Shown here: positions 33,000 to 43,041 of the stretch, piece by piece
Layout: every line of letters begins with the position of its first letter
Numbering within the stretch: the first letter of the stretch is position 1
DNA from: Bacteroidales bacterium
GTDB taxonomy: Bacteria; Bacteroidota; Bacteroidia; Bacteroidales; P3
Assembly: GCA_017483575.1 (NCBI GenBank)
Contig: JAFUWF010000005.1
Location: 114 to 64,113 of the forward strand
Length of the DNA stretch: 64,000 bases
Direction of reading: 5' to 3'
The notes under the pieces: model-generated
Database searches by the model: none
Seen by the model: the letters and a program-made list of their open reading frames with translations, nothing else
Told to the model about the DNA's origin: nothing
Translations under genes and position numbers: made by a program

Positions 33000-35261
33000 A
33001 TGAATGAACAACTAGCAAAACAGATACTGAAAATCTTTGTCAACAATCCCTTCGACGCTTTCAACCACAAGCAGATCAGCTCGCGCATAGGAGCGGGCAG
33101 CAAGGGGGAGCGTCAGGAGGTGATACGTACCATCCAGGAGCTGGCTGAGAGCAAGCAGCTGGTGGAGGACGACCACAAGGGGAAGTACAAGATCAACCCG
33201 AAGAATATCAACGACGACCTGGTGCCGAAGAGCTACGTGGAGGGCACCATCGACATGAAACAGGGAGGCAAAGCCTACGTGATCCCCAACGAAGAGGGGC
33301 GCGAGGACATACAGATAGCCCCGAACAACACGCACCATGCGCTGCACGGCGACACGGTGAAGGTGCTGATGTTCCCGCAAAGGAAGATGCACAAGCCGGA
33401 AGGACAGGTGGTGGAGATAGTGAAGAGGGCGAAGAAACGCTTCGTGGGCGTCATCCAGAAGCAGGAGCGGTTTGCCTTCATGGTGAGCGACAGCCGTACG
33501 ATGCCGGTGGACATCTTCATCCATATAGACGACCTTGGCGGCGCGGAGAACGGCGAGAAGGTGGTGGTGGAGATGACGGACTGGCCGGAGAGGATGAACA
33601 ATCCGGTGGGTAAGGTGATCAAACGCCTGGGAAAACCGGGCGACAACAACGTGGAGATGCAGAGCATCCTGGCGGAATACGACTTTCCGTTGGAGTTTCC
33701 GAAGGAGGCCGAGGAGGAGGCAAAGAAGATACGGAAGCCCACGAAGAAGGAGATGGCCTCGCGTCGCGACTTCCGGGATGTGCTGACGTTCACCATCGAC
33801 CCTGCCGACGCCAAGGATTTCGACGACGCCCTCTCCTACCGCGAACTGGAGAACGGCCACGTGGAGGTGGGGGTGCACATTGCGGATGTGTCGCACTATG
33901 TGAAGCCTGGCAGCGCGATAGACCGCGAGGCGTACGACCGCGGCACGAGTGTCTACCTGGTGGACCGTACCATTCCCATGCTGCCGGAGAAGTTGTGCAA
34001 CGACGTGTGCTCGCTGCGACAGGACGAGGAGAAGCTGTGTTTCAGCGTGGTGATGGAGATGGATGGCAAAGGGAAAGTATTGAACAGCTGGATGGGCAAG
34101 ACGGTCATCAAGAGTAACCGCCGCATGGCCTACGAGGAGGCACAGGAGATGATTGAGAGTGGAGAATCGGCTGACGCGGTGGCGGTGGCGGTGCTGAAGC
34201 TGCACGGGCTGGCGACAAGGCTGCGGGAAGCCCGTTTCAAGACGGGTGCCATCAACTTCGAGAGCCAGGAGGTGAAGTTCCAGCTGGACGAGAACGCGAA
34301 GCCCATAGGCGTGTACATCAAGGAGAGCAAGGAGGCGAACTGGCTGATCGAAGAGTTTATGCTGCTGGCCAACAAGACGGTGGCGGAGCGCATAGGGAAG
34401 GTAGACAAGACGAAGGGAAAAGGAGAAGGGGCGAAGACGTTCGTCTACCGCGTGCACGACGAGCCGAATCCGGAGAAACTGAACACGTTCGTGGAGTTTG
34501 TGGCGAAGCTGGGGTTCAGCATGAAGACCACGAGCCGCAAGGCCTTGGCCGAGAGCTACAACCGGCTGTTCGAGAACATTGCCGGACGTGGCGAGGAGAA
34601 CATGATAGACACGATAGCCATCCGGACGATGAGCAAGGCGTACTACAGCACGGAGAACATAGGCCACTACGGCCTGGCGTTCCCGTTCTACACGCACTTC
34701 ACGTCGCCCATCCGCCGCTACCCGGACCTGATGGTGCACAGGTTGCTGGAGCGATACCTCGAGGGTGGCGCCAGCGCCAACAAGGAGGAGTACGAGGAAT
34801 ACTGCAAGCACTGCTCGATCATGGAGAAGAAGGCTGCCGATGCCGAGCGCACCAGCGTCAAATACAAGCAGGCGGAATTCCTGGCCGACAAGCTGGGGCA
34901 AGTGTTCCCGGCACTCATCAGCGGCGTGAGCAAATGGGGTATCTACGCTGAAATCGAGGGGAACAAGTGCGAGGGCATGATACCCATCGGGAGCCTGAAG
35001 GACGACTACTACATGCTGGACGAGGACAACTACCAGGTGATCGGGCGCCGGCACGGCCGCACGTACAAGCTGGGCTACCCAGTCAATATCCGCGTGAAGC
35101 GTGTCGACATGCTGAAGAAGCAGATAGACTTCGAGCTGGTGGAGGAGGAAGAGAATGCCGGCCGCAAACCCGGGAAACCCGGAAAACCTGGAAAATCCGG
35201 AAAGCCCGGAAAGCCCGAGAAACCCGGAAAATCCGGAAAATCCGGGAAGAAAAAGAAATAA
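33000..35261 (+). CDS. rnr: Ribonuclease R
   Basis: RNB catalytic domain (FTIDPADAKDFDDALS), cold-shock-like N-terminus, S1 domain, Lys-rich tail; 753 aa. Confidence 0.9.
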   Translation: MNEQLAKQILKIFVNNPFDAFNHKQISSRIGAGSKGERQEVIRTIQELAESKQLVEDDHKGKYKINPKNINDDLVPKSYVEGTIDMKQGGKAYVIPNEEGREDIQIAPNNTHHALHGDTVKVLMFPQRKMHKPEGQVVEIVKRAKKRFVGVIQKQERFAFMVSDSRTMPVDIFIHIDDLGGAENGEKVVVEMTDWPERMNNPVGKVIKRLGKPGDNNVEMQSILAEYDFPLEFPKEAEEEAKKIRKPTKKEMASRRDFRDVLTFTIDPADAKDFDDALSYRELENGHVEVGVHIADVSHYVKPGSAIDREAYDRGTSVYLVDRTIPMLPEKLCNDVCSLRQDEEKLCFSVVMEMDGKGKVLNSWMGKTVIKSNRRMAYEEAQEMIESGESADAVAVAVLKLHGLATRLREARFKTGAINFESQEVKFQLDENAKPIGVYIKESKEANWLIEEFMLLANKTVAERIGKVDKTKGKGEGAKTFVYRVHDEPNPEKLNTFVEFVAKLGFSMKTTSRKALAESYNRLFENIAGRGEENMIDTIAIRTMSKAYYSTENIGHYGLAFPFYTHFTSPIRRYPDLMVHRLLERYLEGGASANKEEYEEYCKHCSIMEKKAADAERTSVKYKQAEFLADKLGQVFPALISGVSKWGIYAEIEGNKCEGMIPIGSLKDDYYMLDEDNYQVIGRRHGRTYKLGYPVNIRVKRVDMLKKQIDFELVEEEENAGRKPGKPGKPGKSGKPGKPEKPGKSGKSGKKKK

Positions 35262-35287
35262 TTTTTGGTCAGGTACAGGATTTTTCG

Positions 35288-35295
35288 TATTTTTG
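35288..35295 (+). promoter_or_regulatory. -7 promoter box (TATTTTTG)
   Basis: TAnnTTTG 27 nt upstream of the holA ATG. Confidence 0.45.
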
Positions 35296-35321
35296 GCATT
35301 TTAAAATACAGGCGAGAAAAC

Positions 35322-36329
35322 ATGGCAGTGACTGAGAAACAACTGATTGACGAATTAAAAGCGGGCAAATTCAAGCCCGTATACCTCCTCACGGGTGAGG
35401 AGAACTACTATATTGACGTGGTGTCGGACTACTTCGAGAACCAGGTCATAGACCCTGCCATGCGCGATTTCGACCTCTCGGTGGTCTATGGCCGCGATAC
35501 CTCAATGGCCAATGTGGTCAGCGACGCCAAACGGTACCCCATGATGTCGCCCGTGCACCTGGTTCTTGTCAAAGAAGCGCAGGACATCGAGACCCGCCAG
35601 TGGGAGCAGTTGTCCGCCTACCTGGAGCATCCGTCGGAGAAGGGGGTGATTGTCTTCTGCTACCGGCATAAGAAGCTGGACAAGCGCACCGCAGCCTACA
35701 AGGCCATCGCCGCCAAGGGGGTGGTCTACGAGACCCCGAAGGTGTGGGACAACCAGGTGCCTTCGTGGATCAAGAACGAAGTAGGCAGCAACGGATTCAG
35801 CATCAGCGATAAGGCGGCCTACCTCATCACCGAGAGCATCGGCAACGACCTGGGGAAGATAGTCAACGAGCTGCGCAAGCTCTATCCCCTGCTGCAACCC
35901 GGCAGCGCCATTACGGAGGAGCTGGTGGAGAAACAGATAGGTATCAGCAAGGACTACAACGTCTTCGAGCTGCAGAAGGCCATCGGACGACGCGATCCGA
36001 TGATGTGCAACCGCATCATCAACTATTTCGCCGCCAACCCCAAGAAGAACCCCATCCAGTTGGTGCTGCCCATCCTCTACGGTTATTTCCTCAAGGTGAT
36101 GTTCTACCACCAGCTGGAGAACAAGAGCGATGCCGCGAAGGTGCTGGGATGCGCCCCGAGTTTTGTGCAGGACTACGCAGTGGCTGCGAGCAACTACAAG
36201 CTGGGCAAGCTGGCCACCTGCATTGGATACCTCTACGAGACGGACCTCCGCAGCAAAGGTGTCCGCAACAGTGGCAACGTCACCGACGGCGAACTGTTGA
36301 AAGAACTAATCTTCAAAGTGATACACTAA
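35322..36329 (+). CDS. holA: DNA polymerase III subunit delta
   Basis: N-terminus KPVYLLTGEENYYID...FDLSVVYG is typical of HolA. 335 aa from the ATG at 35322 inside track ORF 35265-36329. Confidence 0.75.
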   Translation: MAVTEKQLIDELKAGKFKPVYLLTGEENYYIDVVSDYFENQVIDPAMRDFDLSVVYGRDTSMANVVSDAKRYPMMSPVHLVLVKEAQDIETRQWEQLSAYLEHPSEKGVIVFCYRHKKLDKRTAAYKAIAAKGVVYETPKVWDNQVPSWIKNEVGSNGFSISDKAAYLITESIGNDLGKIVNELRKLYPLLQPGSAITEELVEKQIGISKDYNVFELQKAIGRRDPMMCNRIINYFAANPKKNPIQLVLPILYGYFLKVMFYHQLENKSDAAKVLGCAPSFVQDYAVAASNYKLGKLATCIGYLYETDLRSKGVRNSGNVTDGELLKELIFKVIH

Positions 36330-36360
36330 CCTTTTCAAAGACAAGAAACAAGAAAGACAA

Positions 36361-38790
36361 ATGATGATGACGAATACCCTTCACATATTCAAACATAATG
36401 ACAAACAACATCGGAACGGACACCAACTGTGGCGAAGAGCCACCGTGCTTCTGTTTCTGTTTTTCTTGCCATTCTTGTCGTCCAACATCCACGCCCAGTG
36501 CACCGTGAAAGGTGTGCTGTTCGACGAGAACAACGGCGAGGCCATCCCGTTTGCCAATGTGGTTCTCTTCGAACGCGACCCCTCGGGAGTTGAGAAACAG
36601 ACACCTCACGGTTGCGCCACCGACATCAACGGATTCTTCCTCATCAACAAGGTGAAGGAAGGCACCTACACCCTCAAAGTCAGATACGTGGGCTACGAGG
36701 AATACTCCGAGGAGATCACCCTCCAGAAGAACCGCTCCGTCACCAAGACCATCCACCTCAAGCCTGCCGCCCAGATGCTTAAGGCCGTGGAGATCACCGA
36801 CAGCAAGAAGGAAGAGCGCCAGATGCAGACACAGGTCAGCGTGCAGAAGATCACCTCGTCGCAAATCCAACAGATGCCCTCCATTGGCGGCACAGCCGAC
36901 TTGGCACAGTACATGCAGGTGCTGCCCGGTGTCAGCTCCACCGGTGACCAAGGCGGCCAACTCTACATCCGCGGAGGCTCGATGATCCAGAACCTCTGCC
37001 TGCTGGACGGCATGGTGGTGTACAACCCCTTCCACTCCATCGGACTCTACTCCATCTTCGAGACCGACGTCATCCTTAACGCCAACATCTACACTGGCGG
37101 TTTCGGTGCCGAATACGGTGGCCGCATGTCCTCAGTCATGGATATCTCCACCCGCGACGGCAACAAACGCCACCACTCCGGCAAGCTCGGCATCAACACC
37201 TTCGGTGCCAGTCTCATACTGGAAGGGCCTCTGAAACGCGAAAGTGCCACCTCGAAGACCACCATCTCCTACCTCGTCACCGCCAAGAACTCCTACCTCT
37301 CCAAGACTTCGGACATCCTGTATTCCTACGTCGACGGCAGTCTGCCCTTCGACTTCCTCGACCTCTACGGCAAACTCTCCTTCAACTCCGGTTCCGGCAG
37401 CAAGATCAACTTCTTCGGATTCCGTTTCGACGACAAGGTCACCCAGTACCAAGCCATTGCCGACTACCATTGGCAGAACTACGGAGCGGGAACCAACTTC
37501 ATGCTCGTCACCGGCGCCTCCGCCATCCTCGACGGCTCCGTCGCCTACTCCAAGTACAACATCACCCTCGACGACGGCTCCGCCTATCCCAAATACAGCG
37601 AGATCGGTGGTTTCAACGCCAACATGCAGTTCACCAACTTCTTCGGGGCCAACAAGCTGAAATACGGCCTCTCCATCGAGGGCTACACCACCGACTACCA
37701 GTTTGTCAACTCCTACGGCAAACACATCTCCCAGCACGAACCCTCCACCAACCTCTCCATCTTCGCTACCTACAACCTCCACCTCGGCCGCTGGATTATC
37801 GACCCTGGCGTGCGCCTGATGTACTACGCCACCCTCTCCAGCCCCAACATCGAGCCCCGCATCGCCGCCAAATACAACATCTCCCCCGACCTCCGCCTCA
37901 AGCTCGCCGGCGGCTTCTACAGCCAGATCTTCCTCGATGCCCGCTCCGACAACGACATCGTCAACCTCTTCAACGGCTTCCTCACCGGCTCCGCCGACCT
38001 CAACCTCCCCTCCTCTTTCCGCGGCGACGACATCACCTCCTGCGTCCAGAAGGCCAAGCACGCCGTCATCGGCATCGAGTACGACATCACCGACCACATC
38101 ACACTCAATGCCGAGTTCTACTACAAAGGATTCGACCAGATCCTCAACGCCAACCGCAACAAAATCTACGACGACGGCAACACCTCCGACTACGCCAGTC
38201 CCTCCAGCCCCTACTACAAGCCCGAGTATCTCCGCAAAGACTACATCATCGAGCAAGGCATCGCCACAGGCCTCGACTTCAGCGCCCGCGTCGACCTCGA
38301 ACGGCTCTACCTCTGGGCCACCTACTCCCTCGGCTTCGTCCAGCGCACCGACGAACTCCAGACCTACAACCCCCACTACGACCGTCGCCACACCGTCAAC
38401 CTCCTCTCCACCTACGCCCTCGGCGAACAACGCGAGTGGGAACTCTCCGCCCGCTGGACCTTCGGCTCCGGCTTCCCGTTCACCCAGACGCAAGGTGTCT
38501 TCGAGCAGCTCCTCTTCCCCGGCGCCCTCGTCTCCGACTACACCCGCGAGAACGGCGAATACGCCATGCACTATGCCGACCTCTACCAGGGCCGACTCCC
38601 CTCCTACCACCGCCTCGACCTCGGCGTCAAACGCAAATTCTCCCTTGGCGCACGCTCCGTCCTCGAACTCTCCCTCTCCGCCACCAACGTCTACTCCCGC
38701 CAGAACATCTTCTATTTCAACCGCGCCACCTTTGAGCGTGTCAACCAACTACCTATCCTCGTATGCTTTGGAGCCACCCTGACCTTCTGA
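36361..38790 (+). CDS. TonB-dependent receptor with CarboxypepD_reg-like N-terminal domain
   Basis: VKGVLFDENNGEAIPFANVVLF (CarboxypepD_reg). Plug region (VQKITSSQIQQMPSIGGTADLAQYMQVLPGV...LYIRGG). Long beta-barrel ending in ...GATLTF. Confidence 0.8.
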   Translation: MMMTNTLHIFKHNDKQHRNGHQLWRRATVLLFLFFLPFLSSNIHAQCTVKGVLFDENNGEAIPFANVVLFERDPSGVEKQTPHGCATDINGFFLINKVKEGTYTLKVRYVGYEEYSEEITLQKNRSVTKTIHLKPAAQMLKAVEITDSKKEERQMQTQVSVQKITSSQIQQMPSIGGTADLAQYMQVLPGVSSTGDQGGQLYIRGGSMIQNLCLLDGMVVYNPFHSIGLYSIFETDVILNANIYTGGFGAEYGGRMSSVMDISTRDGNKRHHSGKLGINTFGASLILEGPLKRESATSKTTISYLVTAKNSYLSKTSDILYSYVDGSLPFDFLDLYGKLSFNSGSGSKINFFGFRFDDKVTQYQAIADYHWQNYGAGTNFMLVTGASAILDGSVAYSKYNITLDDGSAYPKYSEIGGFNANMQFTNFFGANKLKYGLSIEGYTTDYQFVNSYGKHISQHEPSTNLSIFATYNLHLGRWIIDPGVRLMYYATLSSPNIEPRIAAKYNISPDLRLKLAGGFYSQIFLDARSDNDIVNLFNGFLTGSADLNLPSSFRGDDITSCVQKAKHAVIGIEYDITDHITLNAEFYYKGFDQILNANRNKIYDDGNTSDYASPSSPYYKPEYLRKDYIIEQGIATGLDFSARVDLERLYLWATYSLGFVQRTDELQTYNPHYDRRHTVNLLSTYALGEQREWELSARWTFGSGFPFTQTQGVFEQLLFPGALVSDYTRENGEYAMHYADLYQGRLPSYHRLDLGVKRKFSLGARSVLELSLSATNVYSRQNIFYFNRATFERVNQLPILVCFGATLTF

Positions 38791-39410
38791 CGTCCTACCT
38801 GCATCTGCTGGCCAAAGGCCTGGGAGCCACGGTGCTGATAGCCCTGCTGTCGATCATCGGCGGCACACTGCTCGGCGCCGGCATCTATGCCATGACCCAA
38901 AGCCGACACACATGGGTGAAGAAGACCGCACAATGCTACCGCTTCATTGTCCGCGGCGCCCCCCTGACGGTGCTCATCCTGCTCTTCTACTATGTTGTCC
39001 TTCAGGGCACGGCAGGCATCCTGGCCGCCGTGCTGGCCTTCTCGATCAACTTCTCCAACTTCGCCTGCTCGGTCATCCAGTCGTCGTTCGGCACCGTAAG
39101 CCGCGGGCAGCTCGACGCCGCCACGGCCCTCGGATTCACCCGCCGCCAGACGCTGCGCTACATCATTGCACCGCAGGCCCTCGTCAACGCCCTGCCGGCC
39201 TACAAGTTCCAGGCCGTCACCCTGCTCAAGGGCACCTCCATCGTGGGCTACGTAGCCATCCTCGACCTCACGCAGGCCACCGAAGCCATACGCCAAGGCA
39301 CCGGCCAGTCGTTCCTGCCGCTGCTGCTCATCACCGTCATCTACATGATTATCGCCTGGTTGCTCTGCAATTTGCTCGACTACCTGGTCAAACATACCCA
39401 GAAGATATGA
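38763..39410 (+). CDS. Amino-acid ABC transporter permease (His/Glu/Gln/Arg/opine family)
   Basis: EAA-type loop (ATALGFTRRQTLRYIIAPQAL) and five TM segments. Overlaps the TBDR end by 28 nt. Confidence 0.8.
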   Translation: MLWSHPDLLTSYLHLLAKGLGATVLIALLSIIGGTLLGAGIYAMTQSRHTWVKKTAQCYRFIVRGAPLTVLILLFYYVVLQGTAGILAAVLAFSINFSNFACSVIQSSFGTVSRGQLDAATALGFTRRQTLRYIIAPQALVNALPAYKFQAVTLLKGTSIVGYVAILDLTQATEAIRQGTGQSFLPLLLITVIYMIIAWLLCNLLDYLVKHTQKI

Positions 39411-40492
39411 TCACCGTCTCGCACCTCACCAAGACCTTCACGCACGCCGACGGCACAGCCTTCCATGCGCTCGACGACATCTCGTTCCACATCGATGCCG
39501 GCGAGGTGGTGAGCATCATCGGACCCTCGGGGGGTGGCAAGAGCACCCTGCTGCGCGTCCTCAGCCTGCTCGAACGCCCCAACGGTGGCAGCATCCTCGT
39601 CCAGGGCGAGGACATCCTCGCCCCCTCCTACCCCCAGCAACGGCTGCGCAGGCAGATGGGCTTCGTCTTCCAGCAGTTCAACCTCTTCCCCCACCTCACC
39701 GTCCTCGGCAACATCACGCTGCCGCTGACCAAGGTGCTCGGCCTCTCCGGCAGCGAGGCCCGCGAGCGCGCCCTCGAGACCCTGAACCACGTAGCCCTGG
39801 CCGAGAAGGCCGACGAGCACCCCAACAACCTCTCGGGCGGACAGCAGCAACGCGCCGCCATAGCCCGCACCCTGGCCATGGGCTCGCGCATACTCCTTCT
39901 GGACGAGCCCACCTCGGCCCTCGACCCCACCATGGTCGGCGAGGTGCAGGGCGTGCTGCGCCTGCTGGCCAAAGACGGACTGACCATGCTCATCGTCACC
40001 CACCGCATGCGACTGGCCCGCGACATCGCCTCGCGCACCTTCTTCCTCCATCAGGGGCACCTCCTCGAGGACGACACCCCCAGCAACATCTTCAAGCATC
40101 CCAAGCATACTGAGACACAAACCTTTGTGCAACAGATACACTCCCTCCGGTTCGACATTGCCACGCGCCGCTTCGACTTCTACGACATGATGTCGCAGAT
40201 ACGCCAGTTCTGCCTGCGCTATGCCCTTCCGGAGAAGATGGACCCCATCACCCACATCGTCGAGGAGATGCTGCTCCTGCTGGGCAACTACCACAGCCCC
40301 GTACACATAGAGGTCAACCACAGCGAGTTGAGCGGAGCCTCCTCCGTGGTGATTCTGCACCAGGGCGAAACCCTCTCGCCCCTCGAACGCACCGATGCCG
40401 ACGAGCTGGCCGTCATGATCATACGCGGCATGAGTTCGCACATCGAAACCGACCTCACCCCCAACGGTGTCCGCCTCACCTTCGACATCTAA
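39407..40492 (+). CDS. Amino-acid ABC transporter ATP-binding protein with ~115 aa C-terminal extension
   Basis: ATGA overlap with the permease stop. Walker A GPSGGGKST, signature LSGGQQQR, Walker B LLLDEPTSALD. An additional unassigned C-terminal domain after about residue 245. Confidence 0.85.
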   Translation: MITVSHLTKTFTHADGTAFHALDDISFHIDAGEVVSIIGPSGGGKSTLLRVLSLLERPNGGSILVQGEDILAPSYPQQRLRRQMGFVFQQFNLFPHLTVLGNITLPLTKVLGLSGSEARERALETLNHVALAEKADEHPNNLSGGQQQRAAIARTLAMGSRILLLDEPTSALDPTMVGEVQGVLRLLAKDGLTMLIVTHRMRLARDIASRTFFLHQGHLLEDDTPSNIFKHPKHTETQTFVQQIHSLRFDIATRRFDFYDMMSQIRQFCLRYALPEKMDPITHIVEEMLLLLGNYHSPVHIEVNHSELSGASSVVILHQGETLSPLERTDADELAVMIIRGMSSHIETDLTPNGVRLTFDI

Positions 40493-40755
40493 GAAGTGTA
40501 ACCCCTCACTCCACACACCCCTCCCCCATCGAGCAGGAACCGGACTGCCATTTTGTCAGTCCCCAAAACCCGTTTTCTCCCACTCATCACCCACTTTGGT
40601 GGGAGTTGGTAGGGAGATGATAGGAAGTTGGTAGGGTGTTAATCGGTAAATGGCACCTATGGGACTGCCATTTTGTCAGTACAGGATACTGTGGCAAAAA
40701 GGGTGGCAAAATGTTTTTTTTCGACTTTTGTGGTTGTGGTTCTGGAAAAAAAACG

Positions 40756-40763
40756 TATCTTTG
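40756..40763 (+). promoter_or_regulatory. -7 promoter box (TATCTTTG) of the partner-switch/alarmone operon
   Basis: TAnnTTTG 43 nt upstream of the ATG at 40806. Confidence 0.5.
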
Positions 40764-40805
40764 CATTTTACAATAGATACCATATTATTTAATATTACAT
40801 TGTCA

Positions 40806-42593
40806 ATGAGCAACAAACTGACACAAGGATGGGACAAACTCCAGGCTCGCAGCAGCCTGATGCTTCTCATTGTTGCCGCGGTCATTATAGAGGTGATGGC
40901 TGTTGTGCAGTATGTCTTCGCCCGCGATGGCATCCGCAACGAGGTCGAACAACGTGCACGTACCGAAATCAAACTGAAGAACTTGGAGATACAGAACGTC
41001 ATCTCCGATGTCGAGGTGGCCATCAACAACATGCAATGGCTCATCGACTGGGCAGCTTCCAATCCGGATTCCATCTACAGTACCCTGCAACTCATCATCC
41101 ATAACAACCCCATCATCACGGGCTGCGCCATGGCGTTCGAGCCCAATTACTTCCCCTCAAAGGGCGAATGGTACGAGCCCTTTGCCGGACGTTCCAACGG
41201 GTTGACGGGCGACATTGTGCACCGCCAGATTGGCTCCGCAGAGCACGACTACCACAAAGCCACATGGTACCGCGAAGGACTCCACTCCACAGAAGGCCAA
41301 TGGACGGAGCCATACCCTGACGATGCCGGCTCGAAGATGATGGTAAGTTCCTACACCCTGCCCATCCACGACCGTAACGGCAAGGTTATCGGGGTGTTCT
41401 GCAGCGATGTGTCGCTGGAATGGCTGGCCGAACTCTTCGGCAGCCAGGCCGGAGCCTACACCTTCCTCACCTCGCGCACGGGTCGCTTGCTGGCATGCCC
41501 CGACAAGAGCATGGTGATGACAACCACCATCCAGGAGGTGGCCAAGCAGTTCAAAGACACCATGATAGACGTTGTCAATGCCAACATGCTGGCAGGCGAT
41601 TCCGGCGATGCCAGCGTCAAAGACAACGACGGACAGAAGAACTACATGTACTATGCCCCCGTCGAGGGCAAGACCGGCTGGAAAATGGCCATCATCTTCC
41701 CGGACAAGGAGATATACGCCGGCCTTCACAGCGTGGGCAAACGGCTGACCATCTTCATGATTCTCGGGTTGTTGCTGATGGCCTACATCATGTGGCGCAC
41801 CTTCCGTGGCCACAAACGCCTCGCCACCGTCAACGCCGAGAAAGAGCGCATAGGCAGCGAGTTGCGTATTGCCAGCGGCATCCAGATGGGCATGCTGCCC
41901 AAGACTTTCCCGCCCTACCCCGACCTCGACGAGCTGGCGATGTTCGGCTCCCTGGTACCTGCCAAGGAAGTGGGCGGCGACCTCTACGACTTCTACGTGC
42001 GCGACCGCAAGCTCTTCTTCTGCGTGGGCGACGTCAGCGGCAAGGGCGTTCCCGCCTCGTTGGTGATGGCGGTGACGCGCAGCCTCTTCCGCACCGTCTC
42101 AGCCCACACCGAGAGCCCCGAGCAGGTGATGACGCAGATGAACAACGCCATGTCCGAAATGAACGAGAGTTCGATGTTCGTCACGCTCTTTATCGGTGTG
42201 CTCGACCTCCACAGCGGGGCTTTGGCCTACAGCAATGCCGGCCACTGCCCGCCCGTGGTCATCACGGGCGGCAGCGTCATCCCCATCGAGATGGACGCCA
42301 ACATCCCCGTAGGCCTGATGCCCGACTGGCAATACAGCCTGCAGAGCACACACATCGATTCTGGAAGTACCATCTTCATCTATACCGACGGCCTCACGGA
42401 AGCCGAGAACGCAGAGCACCAACAGTACGGAGAAGAGCGCATGAACAGCACCCTGGCCGAAGTCGGCAACAAGTCGCCGCGCGAAGTCGTCGCCGCCATG
42501 ACCGACTCGGTCCACGCCTTCGTGGCCGGGGCCGAACAGAGCGACGACCTCACCATGCTTGCCATCCAGTTCATTAAAAACATAGACGTCTGA
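40806..42593 (+). CDS. Membrane sensor PP2C phosphatase (Cache-like extracytoplasmic domain plus SpoIIE/RsbU domain)
   Basis: Two TM helices flank a ~280 aa Cache-like region. C-terminal SpoIIE motifs (GGDLYDFY...CVGDVSGKGVPASLVMA...YTDGLTEA...DDLTMLAI). ATG at 40806 inside track ORF 40650-42593. Confidence 0.8.
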   Translation: MSNKLTQGWDKLQARSSLMLLIVAAVIIEVMAVVQYVFARDGIRNEVEQRARTEIKLKNLEIQNVISDVEVAINNMQWLIDWAASNPDSIYSTLQLIIHNNPIITGCAMAFEPNYFPSKGEWYEPFAGRSNGLTGDIVHRQIGSAEHDYHKATWYREGLHSTEGQWTEPYPDDAGSKMMVSSYTLPIHDRNGKVIGVFCSDVSLEWLAELFGSQAGAYTFLTSRTGRLLACPDKSMVMTTTIQEVAKQFKDTMIDVVNANMLAGDSGDASVKDNDGQKNYMYYAPVEGKTGWKMAIIFPDKEIYAGLHSVGKRLTIFMILGLLLMAYIMWRTFRGHKRLATVNAEKERIGSELRIASGIQMGMLPKTFPPYPDLDELAMFGSLVPAKEVGGDLYDFYVRDRKLFFCVGDVSGKGVPASLVMAVTRSLFRTVSAHTESPEQVMTQMNNAMSEMNESSMFVTLFIGVLDLHSGALAYSNAGHCPPVVITGGSVIPIEMDANIPVGLMPDWQYSLQSTHIDSGSTIFIYTDGLTEAENAEHQQYGEERMNSTLAEVGNKSPREVVAAMTDSVHAFVAGAEQSDDLTMLAIQFIKNIDV

Positions 42594-42596
42594 CCT

Positions 42597-43019
42597 ATGA
42601 AACGCCATCTGACCCTTCACAACGACATTCAAGAAGTGCCCCTGCTGGCTTCTTTCATCGACGAAGTGGCCGAAGCATGCGGCATCGACATGGCGCTCAC
42701 CATGAGTCTCAACCTCGCCATGGAAGAGGCCGTGGTCAACGTGATGAACTACGCCTACCCCAAAGATACCGTGGGCAATGTTGACATTGACGCGGAGTTT
42801 GCCGACGGCCGGTTGACTTTCGTCCTCAGCGACAGCGGTACCCCCTTCGACCCCACACAGGCTGGCACGCCGGACCTGACCCTCGAAGCCGAGGATCGCC
42901 CCATCGGAGGCCTGGGAATCTTCCTCGTCCGCCAGATTATGGACCACGTGGACTACCAGTACAGCGACGGGAAGAACATCCTCACCCTCAGCAAGAACAT
43001 TCAAACAATCAATCAATAA
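42597..43019 (+). CDS. RsbW/SpoIIAB-like anti-sigma-type serine kinase (HATPase_c_2)
   Basis: 140 aa. N box EEAVVNVMNYAY, G1 SDSGTPFDP, G2 GGLGIFLVRQIMD. Starts 3 nt after the phosphatase stop. Confidence 0.75.
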   Translation: MKRHLTLHNDIQEVPLLASFIDEVAEACGIDMALTMSLNLAMEEAVVNVMNYAYPKDTVGNVDIDAEFADGRLTFVLSDSGTPFDPTQAGTPDLTLEAEDRPIGGLGIFLVRQIMDHVDYQYSDGKNILTLSKNIQTINQ

Positions 43020-43041
43020 CGCAACAAAACAATCCCGAAAT

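Noticed and set aside
35155-35261. GKPGKPGKSGKPGKPEKPGKSGKSGKKKK repeat at the end of rnr, as a possible separate element
   Set aside because: A Lys-rich basic C-terminal tail is a normal feature of RNase R. The periodic DNA repeat is probably slippage within that tail and is not an independent feature.
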